A DNA stretch of 64,000 bases, from positions 1 through 64,000 of the IMG/VR virus record IMGVR_UViG_3300020045_012956. One strand, written 5' to 3'. Shown piece after piece: positions 53,148 through 61,726 of the stretch; the first letter of the stretch is position 1, and each line of letters begins with the position of its first letter. The notes beneath the pieces are model-generated. The model did no database searches. It worked only from the letters and a program-made list of their open reading frames with translations, and was not told where the DNA came from. The DNA is from a virus (Duplodnaviria > Heunggongvirae > Uroviricota > Caudoviricetes). The translations under genes were made by a program, and so were the position numbers.

Positions 53148-55547
53148 ATGAACAACAATTATTTAGAGTTTCTTGAAAAAAAGAAACATTCAATAGGTGA
53201 ATTTGGATTTGAACCAAATTATATGCCTAAAATTGCCTTTGATTTTCAACAGGCAATAATTACAAAAGCAGTTAAAAAAGGGCGTATTGCTGTATTTGCA
53301 GATACAGGATTAGGAAAAGCGCAACCATATTCAGAACCCGTATTAACACCTAATGGATTTATAAAAATGGGTGAACTAAATGTAAATGATTTAGTTATTA
53401 ATTCAGATGGAAAGCATGTTAAAATATTAGGAATTTATGAACAAGGCGTAAAAGATGTTTACAAAGTAACATTTAATGATGGTACATTTACTAGATGCTG
53501 TATTGATCATTTATGGAATGTTAGAACAAGAAACGAAAAGAAAAGAGGATATGACTTTAAAACAAAACCACTCAGTGAAATAATTAAAGATTATTCAAAA
53601 GATATTAAAGATAGTAGGTATCCAGATAAATTATATAAAGATTATAAATATCACATACCAATATGTAATAAAGTTGAATTTGCAGAATCAGAAAATAATT
53701 TACCTATTAATCCTTATTTATTAGGATTGCTTATAGGAGATGGTGGAATGACCAGTAAATCTCTAATTATTACATCAACAAAAAAATCTATATTAAATTC
53801 AGTAACGGAATACTTACCTAAAGAAGATTATTTAGCTGATTCAAAAAGTATTAATTATACAATTAGAAATAAAAAATATTCAAATCAACCTAGCAAAACT
53901 AAAACGGAATTAGTAAAACTTGGATTATTTGGTAAATTATCAAAAGAAAAATTCATACCTGAAATATATAAGTATGCAAGTATTGAAAATAGAGAATTAT
54001 TACTTAATGGATTGATAGATACAGATGGATATAAAGTAAGTAATGATTATATTGAATATAGTACAGCATCAGAAAATCTATGTAATGATATTTCTTTTTT
54101 AGCTAGAAGTTTAGGATATGTTGTTAGAGTTTTTGAAAGAGATTCTCATTATATAAAAGATAATGTAAAACATTCAGGATTTAAAAATTATAGAGTTTAT
54201 ATAATAAAAAACGGTTCTAGAAAATTAAAAACTATAACAAATATCGAATTATGTGATAAAGAAGAATGTAGATGTATTTTAATTGATTGTAAAAGTCATT
54301 TATACATTACAAATAATTTTATTGTAACTCACAATACATTAATCGAGTTGTCAATAGCAAAAAACATTGTAAATCACACAAATAAAAAGGTTTTAATTTT
54401 AACCCCTTTAGCCGTAGCTTTTCAATTACTTCTAGAAGCTGAAAAAATATTTATAGATGACATTGAATATTCAAAGGATGGAAAACACTCAAAAAAAATA
54501 GTTATTTGCAATTATGAAAGATTACATTATTTTGATTCAAATGATTTTATAGCTGTTATTTTAGATGAAAGTTCTATATTAAAAAACTTTGATGGAGCTA
54601 TTAAAAATAAAGTAAATACATTTGTAAAAAAAATTCAATATAGATTTTTAAGTACCGCGACACCTTCTCCAAATGATTTTATCGAATTAGGGACTAGTAG
54701 TGAAGCACTTGGATATATGGGTTATGTAGATATGTTGGGTAAATTTTTTAAACAAAATAATAATGCAATTGATTCAACTAATAAAAATATTGGAGAAAAG
54801 TTCTATTTGAAACCTCACGCAGAAAAAGACTTTTTTGCATGGGTTAATCAATGGTCTATTATGGTAAAAATGCCTAGTGATTTAGGGTTTTCAAATGAAA
54901 AATATATTTTACCTCAATTAATAACTAATAAACATATTGTACAAAATGAAAGCCAAATTGATATAAATGGACAAATACAAATGTTTAATATAGTCGCTAA
55001 AAACTTCAATGAAATTAGACATGAACAAAAACAAACAGAACAACAAAGATGTATAAAAGCTGTTGAGTTAGCTCAAAATAAAACCTCTGTATATTGGTGT
55101 AATACAAATAATGAAAGTGCACTATTGAAAAAAATGGATAAAGAAGCGGTTGAAATTATTGGTAGTCAATCCATCGAAAAGAAAGAAGAAATTTTATTAG
55201 CATTTAGCAAAGGAGAAATAAAACGAATTATTACTAAAGCTAAAATAACATCATTTGGATTAAATTGGCAACATTGCAATCATAGTGTATTTTTTCCTAC
55301 TTGGAGTTATGAACAATATTATCAAGCTATTAGAAGGTTTTGGAGATTTGGACAAAAGAATGATGTTAATATTGATATTGTTGTTTCTGATGGACAAACA
55401 AGAGTACTAGATGCTTTACAACAGAAAACAAAAAAAGCAATTGAACTATACGAAAACCTAACTAAAAACGTTAATAGCGTTTTTGTAAATACTAAAAAAG
55501 AATTCAAAAAAGAAGTTATTTTACCAAAATTTATAAAAAATGAATAA
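53148..55547 (+). CDS. SNF2-family (DExH) helicase interrupted by an intein
   Basis: N-extein '…FADTGLGK' and C-extein 'TLIELSIAKN…' rejoin to the SNF2 motif I 'DTGLGKT'. Also 'ILDESS' (motif II) and 'QAIRRFWRFGQ' (motif VI). Confidence 0.7.
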   Translation: MNNNYLEFLEKKKHSIGEFGFEPNYMPKIAFDFQQAIITKAVKKGRIAVFADTGLGKAQPYSEPVLTPNGFIKMGELNVNDLVINSDGKHVKILGIYEQGVKDVYKVTFNDGTFTRCCIDHLWNVRTRNEKKRGYDFKTKPLSEIIKDYSKDIKDSRYPDKLYKDYKYHIPICNKVEFAESENNLPINPYLLGLLIGDGGMTSKSLIITSTKKSILNSVTEYLPKEDYLADSKSINYTIRNKKYSNQPSKTKTELVKLGLFGKLSKEKFIPEIYKYASIENRELLLNGLIDTDGYKVSNDYIEYSTASENLCNDISFLARSLGYVVRVFERDSHYIKDNVKHSGFKNYRVYIIKNGSRKLKTITNIELCDKEECRCILIDCKSHLYITNNFIVTHNTLIELSIAKNIVNHTNKKVLILTPLAVAFQLLLEAEKIFIDDIEYSKDGKHSKKIVICNYERLHYFDSNDFIAVILDESSILKNFDGAIKNKVNTFVKKIQYRFLSTATPSPNDFIELGTSSEALGYMGYVDMLGKFFKQNNNAIDSTNKNIGEKFYLKPHAEKDFFAWVNQWSIMVKMPSDLGFSNEKYILPQLITNKHIVQNESQIDINGQIQMFNIVAKNFNEIRHEQKQTEQQRCIKAVELAQNKTSVYWCNTNNESALLKKMDKEAVEIIGSQSIEKKEEILLAFSKGEIKRIITKAKITSFGLNWQHCNHSVFFPTWSYEQYYQAIRRFWRFGQKNDVNIDIVVSDGQTRVLDALQQKTKKAIELYENLTKNVNSVFVNTKKEFKKEVILPKFIKNE
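53319..54335 (+). mobile_element. intein (339 aa) with a double-motif LAGLIDADG homing endonuclease, inserted in the helicase P-loop
   Basis: Starts 'AQPYSEPVLTPNGFIKMGELNVNDLVINSDG' (block A-like, Ala1). Two endonuclease motifs: 'LLGLLIGDGGM' and 'LLLNGLIDTDGYK'. It ends '…FIVTHN' followed by the +1 Thr. Confidence 0.65.
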
Positions 55548-56565
55548 AGTTAAAGATCAAATTATTACAGAAAATTATAGCATTTATAATGCTGATTGCT
55601 ACGATGTAGTACAAGAAATTCCAAACGAATCAATAGATCTTTCGGTATATTCTCCTCCGTTTTGTGGGTTGTATAATTACAGTTCAGACCATAGAGATAT
55701 GAGTAATTGCGAATCTAAAGAACAGTTTTTGCAACAATATGAATTTTTAATTGCTGAAATTGCAAGGGTAACCAAAAAAGGACGTATTACTGCTGTCCAT
55801 TGTACAGATGTATTTGATAATCAGTGTAATTTGTGGGACTTCCCAAGCGAAATAATAAAGATTCATGAAAAATATGGATTCCAATATAGAAATAGAATTA
55901 CAATTTGGAAAGAGCCTTTGAAAGTTAGAATGCGTACAATGGTACAATCTTTAATGCACAAATTCATAGTTGAAGATTCTGTAAATTGTTTTACCGCAAT
56001 GCCTGACTACGTTTTAATTTTTACTAAAAAAGGTAAAAATGAAGTACCAGTAACACATCCATGCGGATTAAATTATTATGCTGGTGAAACTCCAATTTTA
56101 CCAAACATTTTAAGAGCTTGGAATAATGCAAATGAATCAAATATAAATGAAGTTCAATTATGGGAACACTTGAAAACTAAATTTGAAGACCACAAAGACC
56201 CAAAAAGCAATAAGTTAAGTCATTACATTTGGCAACGTTATGCTAGTTCTGTTTGGGATGACATAAGAATTGATAATGTTTTACCTTTTAAAGATTCAAA
56301 AGAAGAAGACGATGAGAAGCACGTCCATCCTCTCCAATTGGATGTAATTGACAGATTAGTAGAACTTTACTCAAATCCTAATGAAGTTGTTTTAACTCCC
56401 TTTATGGGGGTAGGTAGTGAGGTTTATAGTCCAGTTTCAATGGGTAGAAAAGCAATTGGAATAGAGCTAAAAGATAGTTACTTCAAACAAGCTATATTAA
56501 ACTTAAAAGAAGCTAAGAATAGATTTAATGATGAAACTAAAAGACAAATATCACTTTTTGAATAA
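55540..56565 (+). CDS. DNA methyltransferase (N6-adenine/N4-cytosine, beta-class order: motif IV before motif I)
   Basis: Motif IV 'DLSVYSPPF' is N-terminal and motif I 'VLTPFMGVGSE' is C-terminal. Confidence 0.65.
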   Translation: MNKVKDQIITENYSIYNADCYDVVQEIPNESIDLSVYSPPFCGLYNYSSDHRDMSNCESKEQFLQQYEFLIAEIARVTKKGRITAVHCTDVFDNQCNLWDFPSEIIKIHEKYGFQYRNRITIWKEPLKVRMRTMVQSLMHKFIVEDSVNCFTAMPDYVLIFTKKGKNEVPVTHPCGLNYYAGETPILPNILRAWNNANESNINEVQLWEHLKTKFEDHKDPKSNKLSHYIWQRYASSVWDDIRIDNVLPFKDSKEEDDEKHVHPLQLDVIDRLVELYSNPNEVVLTPFMGVGSEVYSPVSMGRKAIGIELKDSYFKQAILNLKEAKNRFNDETKRQISLFE

Positions 56566-56590
56566 ATTTTTGTTGTGAATATAATGAATA

Positions 56591-56614
56591 GGCGGGTAAC
56601 CGCTTATTTTTTTT
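56591..56614 (+). terminator. rho-independent terminator
   Basis: Hairpin gcgg-gtaa-ccgc followed by 'ttatttttttt'. Confidence 0.5.
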
Positions 56615-56671
56615 ATCTAATTATCAATAAGTTATACATTTTTTGCAAAAATATTTTACAAGTTTTGTAAT

Positions 56672-56699
56672 TTGTATTGAATTAATACCGTAATTTGTA
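56672..56699 (+). promoter_or_regulatory. early promoter (conserved family, variant)
   Basis: ttgtattgaattaataccgtaatttgta. Confidence 0.4.
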
Positions 56700-56720
56700 A
56701 CATCAAAAAGAAATAAGGAA

Positions 56721-56912
56721 ATGGAATTAAAAGCAAAATTAGGATTAAGAAATGAAGTTACAGTAATGTCAACTTTAGAAGGTGCAAAAAGATTTGCATC
56801 AAAATGTATCAAAGCACACGAAGTTATTTTAGGAGATAATTTACAATTTTGGGTAGTTTGTTTTGCAGATGCTCAAAGATTAACTAAAATGGGTTATGAA
56901 ATTGCAAAGTAA
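56721..56912 (+). CDS. hypothetical protein
   Basis: 63 aa. Confidence 0.3.
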   Translation: MELKAKLGLRNEVTVMSTLEGAKRFASKCIKAHEVILGDNLQFWVVCFADAQRLTKMGYEIAK

Positions 56913-57071
56913 AGAATTAGTTGAAGTTACTTTCATTGCAAAAAATATAAAAGTAACAAAAAAAATGGTAAATAACGAATCTAAAATTGAAAGATTTAGA
57001 CAAGATATGTTAATGAAGTTTGATTTGTTATTCAAGAAAGAACCTCACTGTATCAAAATAAAATATATATA

Positions 57072-57281
57072 ATGAAAAGTAAGATTTTATTTTTGACTCA
57101 AAACGAAGTTGGAAACTTGGAAAAAACTAAGCAAAAAGCAAATAGTTTAGTAATAACATCAGAAAATAAAGATGACATTATTGAAATATTGATACAAACG
57201 AATACAAAAATATACAATGGTACTAACAAGTACTTTCAAAGTAGAAAAGAAATAACAAAATTTATAAATAAATATACTTAA
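57072..57281 (+). CDS. hypothetical protein
   Basis: 69 aa. Confidence 0.3.
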   Translation: MKSKILFLTQNEVGNLEKTKQKANSLVITSENKDDIIEILIQTNTKIYNGTNKYFQSRKEITKFINKYT

Positions 57282-57285
57282 AAGC

Positions 57286-57660
57286 ATGAATATAAATTTT
57301 AATAAATTAGAGAAATTCCTCACTTTAATGTATGAATATGAGCAAAGTGAATTACAATTAGATTCTTCATATTTAATCACTGAAAATCTTTGGAATCATA
57401 TTATTGATAATAAAGAAAATTTTTTTGAAACTGATATTTTAATAAGTACTAAAGAAGAAAGAAAGGTTTTAATTGTTTTTAGATCAAATATGTCTAAATC
57501 TAGAAAAGAAATTAATATTGAAAATATATGTTATGGTGATTTTAATTTTAATTTTTATAATTATGGCAAATCTAGTATAGTTGTATTTATTGATAATGAT
57601 GGAAAAATTAAATACTTAAAAAATAGATATCCTTGTAACAAAAAATATACAAATAATTAA
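57286..57660 (+). CDS. hypothetical protein
   Basis: 124 aa. Confidence 0.3.
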   Translation: MNINFNKLEKFLTLMYEYEQSELQLDSSYLITENLWNHIIDNKENFFETDILISTKEERKVLIVFRSNMSKSRKEINIENICYGDFNFNFYNYGKSSIVVFIDNDGKIKYLKNRYPCNKKYTNN

Positions 57661-57664
57661 AAAC

Positions 57665-57898
57665 ATGAATAATAAAACATTAGTTAACAAAATCCAAGCC
57701 CTTACAGGGTTTGGAACTCGATCAATTGAAGAAGGTTTATTACCTTTTAACGCTAATTATAGCGCACGAAAATTAATTACACAAAGAACAATTAAACTTT
57801 ATGCAATTAAAATATTAAAGGGTGAACAAATAAACCCTTTAGAAGTTGAGATAAAAGGATTAGATAAACAATTAAAAGAATTTGATAATGAAAATTGA
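57665..57898 (+). CDS. hypothetical protein
   Basis: 77 aa. Confidence 0.3.
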   Translation: MNNKTLVNKIQALTGFGTRSIEEGLLPFNANYSARKLITQRTIKLYAIKILKGEQINPLEVEIKGLDKQLKEFDNEN

Positions 57899-58103
57899 AG
57901 AAATTAGAAAACAGTTTGAAAGTGGGACTCAAATAATTAGACACAAACCACTTAGAATGAGTAGTGGAGATACTTATTCAATTAATGATCAAAGAATTAG
58001 TTATAAACAAGTTCGTAAGTTAGAAGAATTTTATAACACTAAAGAAGTTTATTCAAGTGTTATGCAAAATATAATCACTTTTATTTCAAAGAAAAATGTA
58101 TGA
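57882..58103 (+). CDS. hypothetical protein
   Basis: 73 aa. Confidence 0.3.
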   Translation: MIMKIEEIRKQFESGTQIIRHKPLRMSSGDTYSINDQRISYKQVRKLEEFYNTKEVYSSVMQNIITFISKKNV

Positions 58104-58663
58104 GATATTTAATTTTATTGTTTGTTATTTTAAGCTGTTCTAAAGAGGTTAAAAAACAAACTCAAACAAATACTTGCATTCAAAAACAAATACGATTAAA
58201 AACGATATTTGAAGACAATACATGCAAAAAGTATGGAGACAATACAGTTTTATCAAAAAAAGAAATATTGCAAGTTTGGAACTCACAAAAACGCAAAACA
58301 GATACTAATTTAATGCTTGCAAAATGTTTGATTGAAAGTAATTATCAACCTCATATTTTAAGATTTGAAAAAGCGTTACCATACTATTATCCACATATTA
58401 AAGATTCAATACAATTTACTAGTATAGGTTTATTTCAACCTTTAGGAATGGCAATTCCACATGTAAAAAGCATCAATGATTTTCCAATTGAGGCGCAAAT
58501 GTGCGTATTTGACTCAATGATGGCAAATTGTTTGATTCGTGCAAATAATGACATTAGAAAGGCTGTATTTTATTATAATACACCTTCTTTGAGTTATTAT
58601 CCTAATTTTAACAGTGAGTATACTATCCAAATAATGAATAAAATAAAGTTGAATAAAATATGA
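58100..58663 (+). CDS. lipoprotein, weakly lytic-transglycosylase-like
   Basis: 'MRYLILLFVILSCSK' carries a lipobox (ILSC). 'CLIESNYQP' followed by 'SIGLFQPLG' loosely recalls the SLT-domain E-S … GLMQ spacing. Confidence 0.3.
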   Translation: MRYLILLFVILSCSKEVKKQTQTNTCIQKQIRLKTIFEDNTCKKYGDNTVLSKKEILQVWNSQKRKTDTNLMLAKCLIESNYQPHILRFEKALPYYYPHIKDSIQFTSIGLFQPLGMAIPHVKSINDFPIEAQMCVFDSMMANCLIRANNDIRKAVFYYNTPSLSYYPNFNSEYTIQIMNKIKLNKI

Positions 58664-58832
58664 TAACAACTGGCAAAAGATATTATTTAGAGTTGATAAA
58701 TTCTAAAATAATGTCAGGCAAATTTTTAATTAAACAACAAAATAATGGGTTAATTCATATTCAAGAAATTGAATCAAATCTAAAGTTAGTTGTTACCAAG
58801 TCTCAAATTAAAATACATGTTGAATTGATATG
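58659..58832 (+). CDS. small protein (57 aa), not in the ORF track
   Basis: MITTGKRYYLELINSKIMSGKFLIKQQNNGLIHIQEIESNLKLVVTKSQIKIHVELI, with ATGA overlaps at both ends. Confidence 0.25.
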
Positions 58833-59207
58833 ATTAATTTTAGTGAAATTAAAGTATTTGAACAACTAGAATTTGATAGAATATTTTTAATTTTCAAGTT
58901 GTTTGATGTTCAAATAGGGCAAATATCATTTAGAAGATCATTGCAAAATTTTTTTTATGTTGAAATATCTGATTTTGAAGTTAAAGAAGACTTGAGAGGT
59001 CGCAAAATAGGTTCTTATATTTTACAAACTTGTATTGATTGGTTGAATAAATTAGAATTGGATTTAGATTATGTTGCTTATGTGAATGTTTATTCAGAAA
59101 ATATATTTTTAAGGCACGGATTTAAGGAGACTGTAAATAAATATTTCAAAGGTAGTAGAATATATAAACAAGTAATTTATAAAAATAATCAAGTTGAAAA
59201 TCAATAA
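58830..59207 (+). CDS. GNAT-family N-acetyltransferase
   Basis: Motif A 'LRGRKIGSYILQ' matches (R/Q)xxGxG/A. Confidence 0.45.
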   Translation: MINFSEIKVFEQLEFDRIFLIFKLFDVQIGQISFRRSLQNFFYVEISDFEVKEDLRGRKIGSYILQTCIDWLNKLELDLDYVAYVNVYSENIFLRHGFKETVNKYFKGSRIYKQVIYKNNQVENQ

Positions 59208-59248
59208 GTTACAAGTTTATTGAAAAAATAATTTAGCACTTTTGTATT

Positions 59249-59276
59249 TTGTATTACAAAACCATGTATATTTGCA
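59249..59276 (+). promoter_or_regulatory. early promoter (conserved family)
   Basis: ttgtattacaaaaccatgtatatttgca. The listed ORF start at 59249 lies inside it, so the ATG at 59300 is preferred. Confidence 0.5.
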
Positions 59277-59299
59277 TAAGAAATTTAATAAAAGAGAAA

Positions 59300-59587
59300 A
59301 TGAAAAAGAAAAGTTCAAAATACAATGTTCAAATGTTGACTTACTTAGATAGAGTTGACACTATTTTCAAAGTTGATATTATCAATAACTTAGTTAAACC
59401 AATGTGGGTTAATGGTACTTGTCAGTTGAGAGGTGCGGTAATTACAACATCATACCAAGTTCATAGAGCACTGTTAAATCTCTATTATAGAGAAGTTGAC
59501 AGATTAAATGCAAAAGAAGTTAAAATTGAAGGAAAAGACATTAAAGAAATGGAATTAGAAGATTTTGATTTTGCAAGTTTAATGTAA
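59300..59587 (+). CDS. hypothetical protein
   Basis: Starts MKKKSSKYNVQ…. Confidence 0.35.
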   Translation: MKKKSSKYNVQMLTYLDRVDTIFKVDIINNLVKPMWVNGTCQLRGAVITTSYQVHRALLNLYYREVDRLNAKEVKIEGKDIKEMELEDFDFASLM

Positions 59588-59594
59588 AAAATAA

Positions 59595-59666
59595 GGGTTA
59601 TTAGCTCAATGGTAGAGCATCTGACTGTTAATCAGAAGGTTTTAGGTTCGAATCCTAAATTTCCCT
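59595..59666 (+). tRNA. tRNA-Asn (anticodon GTT)
   Basis: D arm gctc-aatggta-gagc, anticodon arm tctga-ctgttaa-tcaga, T arm ttagg-ttcgaat-cctaa. The acceptor stem gggttat/atttccc has two U-U mismatches. Confidence 0.7.
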
Positions 59667-59952
59667 CTAAAATTGGTAAATTAAACGCTAATGTATTGCG
59701 TAAAATACAATTTCTAATTTAATATTATGCATTATTTAGACTCGTTAGCCTACTAAGCTAAAAGTATTGGTAATAAATCCAACCGACTGTTTAAGTTGTA
59801 GAGTTAATATAATATTAAGTTAATTATCAGGAGTAAAAAGAAAATAAAATCGTAATTATAAACACTTTGTAAATATGCCCTCTAAATCATGGGTTTAAGT
59901 GTAGGAGCCTTAAAATATGGCAAATAACGAATATAATAATAAGAAATAAATA

Positions 59953-59984
59953 AAAGCTTGAAATATAACATTCAAGCTTTTATA
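59953..59984 (+). terminator. rho-independent terminator
   Basis: Hairpin aaagcttgaa-atataaca-ttcaagcttt followed by 'ttat', then the -7 box 'tatatttg' and an ATGGCA start. Confidence 0.5.
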
Positions 59985-60015
59985 AAAAATCTGTATATTT
60001 GCAAAAAATTAACAA

Positions 60016-60795
60016 ATGGCAAATTGTGCAGAAATATCATGCGGTTGTAAAGAAACCGACTTAATAATAATTCAATTAACACAACCCGACCCGTTTAATG
60101 ATTGGGTTACTCCAAATGTTACTCATGGTTGGAGTGGTACAAAAACGGGCAATTGGTTTATAGTTCCTTACATCCAAACAGAAGAATGTTGTGTAATAGA
60201 TTATAATGATTTTGTAGTTGATGCTTATGTAGGTTACAATAATGATACTCAACAAACCTATCAAGTAATTAAAATAGACCCTACATTATTACCAAATTTG
60301 TTTTACATACAGTTTGTTTTTAGGAATTTAGATAATACAGAATATTCATTGTATACAGAACACTATAAAAAAGTGAATTGTAATACTGAAACGGTTAAAA
60401 TAAAAGGTGTGTTTAATGAATATGATTGTGAAAATCACTATTATAAAGAATTAGATGCAACATTTGGAACACCTGACATTTTTAATTATGAGAATGAATT
60501 ACGTTTAGAAGGTGAGTTTAATTATGTTGGAGAGGTTATAGAACAAACTAGAAGTAATAAAATTTACTTATCACAAAGTATAAAAAAGTCAACTTATCAA
60601 TTAGTTTTGGCACCTATACCACCATATATGGCAAAAAGATTATCAAATTTATTAGCTGCAAAGAATATTTATATTGATGGTGTTGAGTATATTTACGAGG
60701 GTGGAGACTTTGAAAAAAATAATACAATTGGCAAAATGTTTCATTTAACACTTAAATTTAGTAGTATTGAGTGTGAAATTATACATGAATGTTAA
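60016..60795 (+). CDS. Cys-rich hypothetical protein embedded in the tRNA cluster
   Basis: 259 aa containing 'CAEISCGCK' and 'EECCVIDY'. It has the late-type 'TATATTTGCA…ATGGCA' start context. Confidence 0.4.
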   Translation: MANCAEISCGCKETDLIIIQLTQPDPFNDWVTPNVTHGWSGTKTGNWFIVPYIQTEECCVIDYNDFVVDAYVGYNNDTQQTYQVIKIDPTLLPNLFYIQFVFRNLDNTEYSLYTEHYKKVNCNTETVKIKGVFNEYDCENHYYKELDATFGTPDIFNYENELRLEGEFNYVGEVIEQTRSNKIYLSQSIKKSTYQLVLAPIPPYMAKRLSNLLAAKNIYIDGVEYIYEGGDFEKNNTIGKMFHLTLKFSSIECEIIHEC

Positions 60796-60805
60796 AAAAA
60801 AAATA

Positions 60806-60878
60806 GTAGACTATTAGCTCAAATTTAGAGCACTTGACTAATGTTTTGAGGTTGTAGGTTAAATCCTGCATAGTCTAC
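60806..60878 (+). tRNA. degenerate tRNA-like gene (pseudo-tRNA): 9-bp acceptor stem, 6-nt T loop, unpaired anticodon stem
   Basis: Acceptor gtagactat/atagtctac, D arm gctc-aaattta-gagc, T arm gtagg-ttaaat-cctgc. The anticodon region 'cttga-ctaatgt-tttga' does not pair. It resembles a decayed copy of the Asn gene. Confidence 0.4.
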
Positions 60879-60885
60879 AAAATAA

Positions 60886-60972
60886 GGAAGGTTAACCATA
60901 ATGGTACTGGAGCAGTTTGCTAAACTGTTTGGCGTATAGTTCGCTATGTGGGTTCGAGTCCTACACTTTCCG
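60886..60972 (+). tRNA. type II tRNA, Ser-like (anticodon GCT) with a long variable arm
   Basis: Acceptor ggaaggt/actttcc (one G-U pair), 3-bp D stem cca/tgg, anticodon arm gcagt-ttgctaa-actgt, variable arm ggcg-tatagtt-cgct, T arm gtggg-ttcgagt-cctac. Confidence 0.5.
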
Positions 60973-61254
60973 CGAATATGTGCAAACATATTATATTAGT
61001 GTAAATAGTGCCTTATGTGTGCTATTTTATCAAGCCTCTTTAATTAGGGGCTTTTATAAAATTGAAATCTTTCTAGGTTTGTTTTCATATATAAATTTTT
61101 ATTGAACATTTGAACCCCTTTTATTAGGGGTTTTATTTAACTAGAAAACAGAAAAAAATAAAAGTTAAAAACAAAGTATCTGTTATTCAATTAGTTATAT
61201 TATTTTCTTTTTTATTTCTTTTTTGTTTATTTTTTTTATAAATTACTTACAAAT

Positions 61255-61662
61255 ATGAATATTGATACAATAAAACAATTAGTCTTAGAAGGGCAAATAA
61301 ACCCATTAGAAGCTGCTATTTATTTAAGAGATACTGAAAAGCTTATAAAAGAAATTTTAGAAGCTATAAAACCAAGTGTATTAAATGAAATTGAAAAATA
61401 TTCAAAAGAATGTGTTTTCAATGGTCGAAAATTCTCAATTAAAAGAATGTCAAAATACGATCTTAGCGAATGTAATCATCCTGAATTGATTAAAACTATT
61501 GAGTTGGAACAAAGTATCAAAGATAAAAGAAAAGCGTTAGAAGACTATCTAAAATCTATTAAAGAACCTATTGAAGTTTTAGATTCTGAAAGTGGGGAGG
61601 TTGTTTTAGTTACTCCAATAAAACCCACTTATGAAAATACATTTGCTATTGCTAAAAAATAA
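61255..61662 (+). CDS. hypothetical protein
   Basis: 135 aa, preceded by an AT-rich region containing hairpins. Confidence 0.3.
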   Translation: MNIDTIKQLVLEGQINPLEAAIYLRDTEKLIKEILEAIKPSVLNEIEKYSKECVFNGRKFSIKRMSKYDLSECNHPELIKTIELEQSIKDKRKALEDYLKSIKEPIEVLDSESGEVVLVTPIKPTYENTFAIAKK

Positions 61663-61681
61663 ATTTTAGTAATTTTGTGTT

Positions 61682-61709
61682 TTGTATTACAATTAATACT
61701 AACTTTGCA
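61682..61709 (+). promoter_or_regulatory. early promoter (conserved family)
   Basis: ttgtattacaattaatactaactttgca. Confidence 0.5.
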
Positions 61710-61726
61710 ACATCAAAAAGAATACA

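Noticed and set aside
56965-57072. 35-aa ORF (MVNNESKIERFRQDMLMKFDLLFKKEPHCIKIKYI) in the gap before 57072
   Set aside because: It is possible but very short, has no distinctive features, and is not required to explain the spacing.
2521-60264. Short antisense or overlapping ORFs from the six-frame track (for example 2521-2718, 4699-4887, 4715-4909, 4961-5227, 9136-9408, 9505-9693, 15225-15581, 21583-21780, 22740-22973, 23956-24138, 26730-26912, 27603-27932, 29148-29330, 29931-30134, 31091-31411, 31944-32132, 32026-32211, 33344-33571, 34367-34564, 37232-37612, 37955-38143, 39144-39341, 39401-39628, 41622-41936, 43281-43550, 45205-45441, 50408-50665, 51085-51381, 51968-52189, 55322-55507, 55747-55947, 56624-56812, 57159-57380, 60076-60264, 60917-61105)
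   Set aside because: Each overlaps a better-supported gene on the other strand or frame, or a tRNA or terminator. They have low-complexity hydrophobic composition and lack promoter and start-context features.
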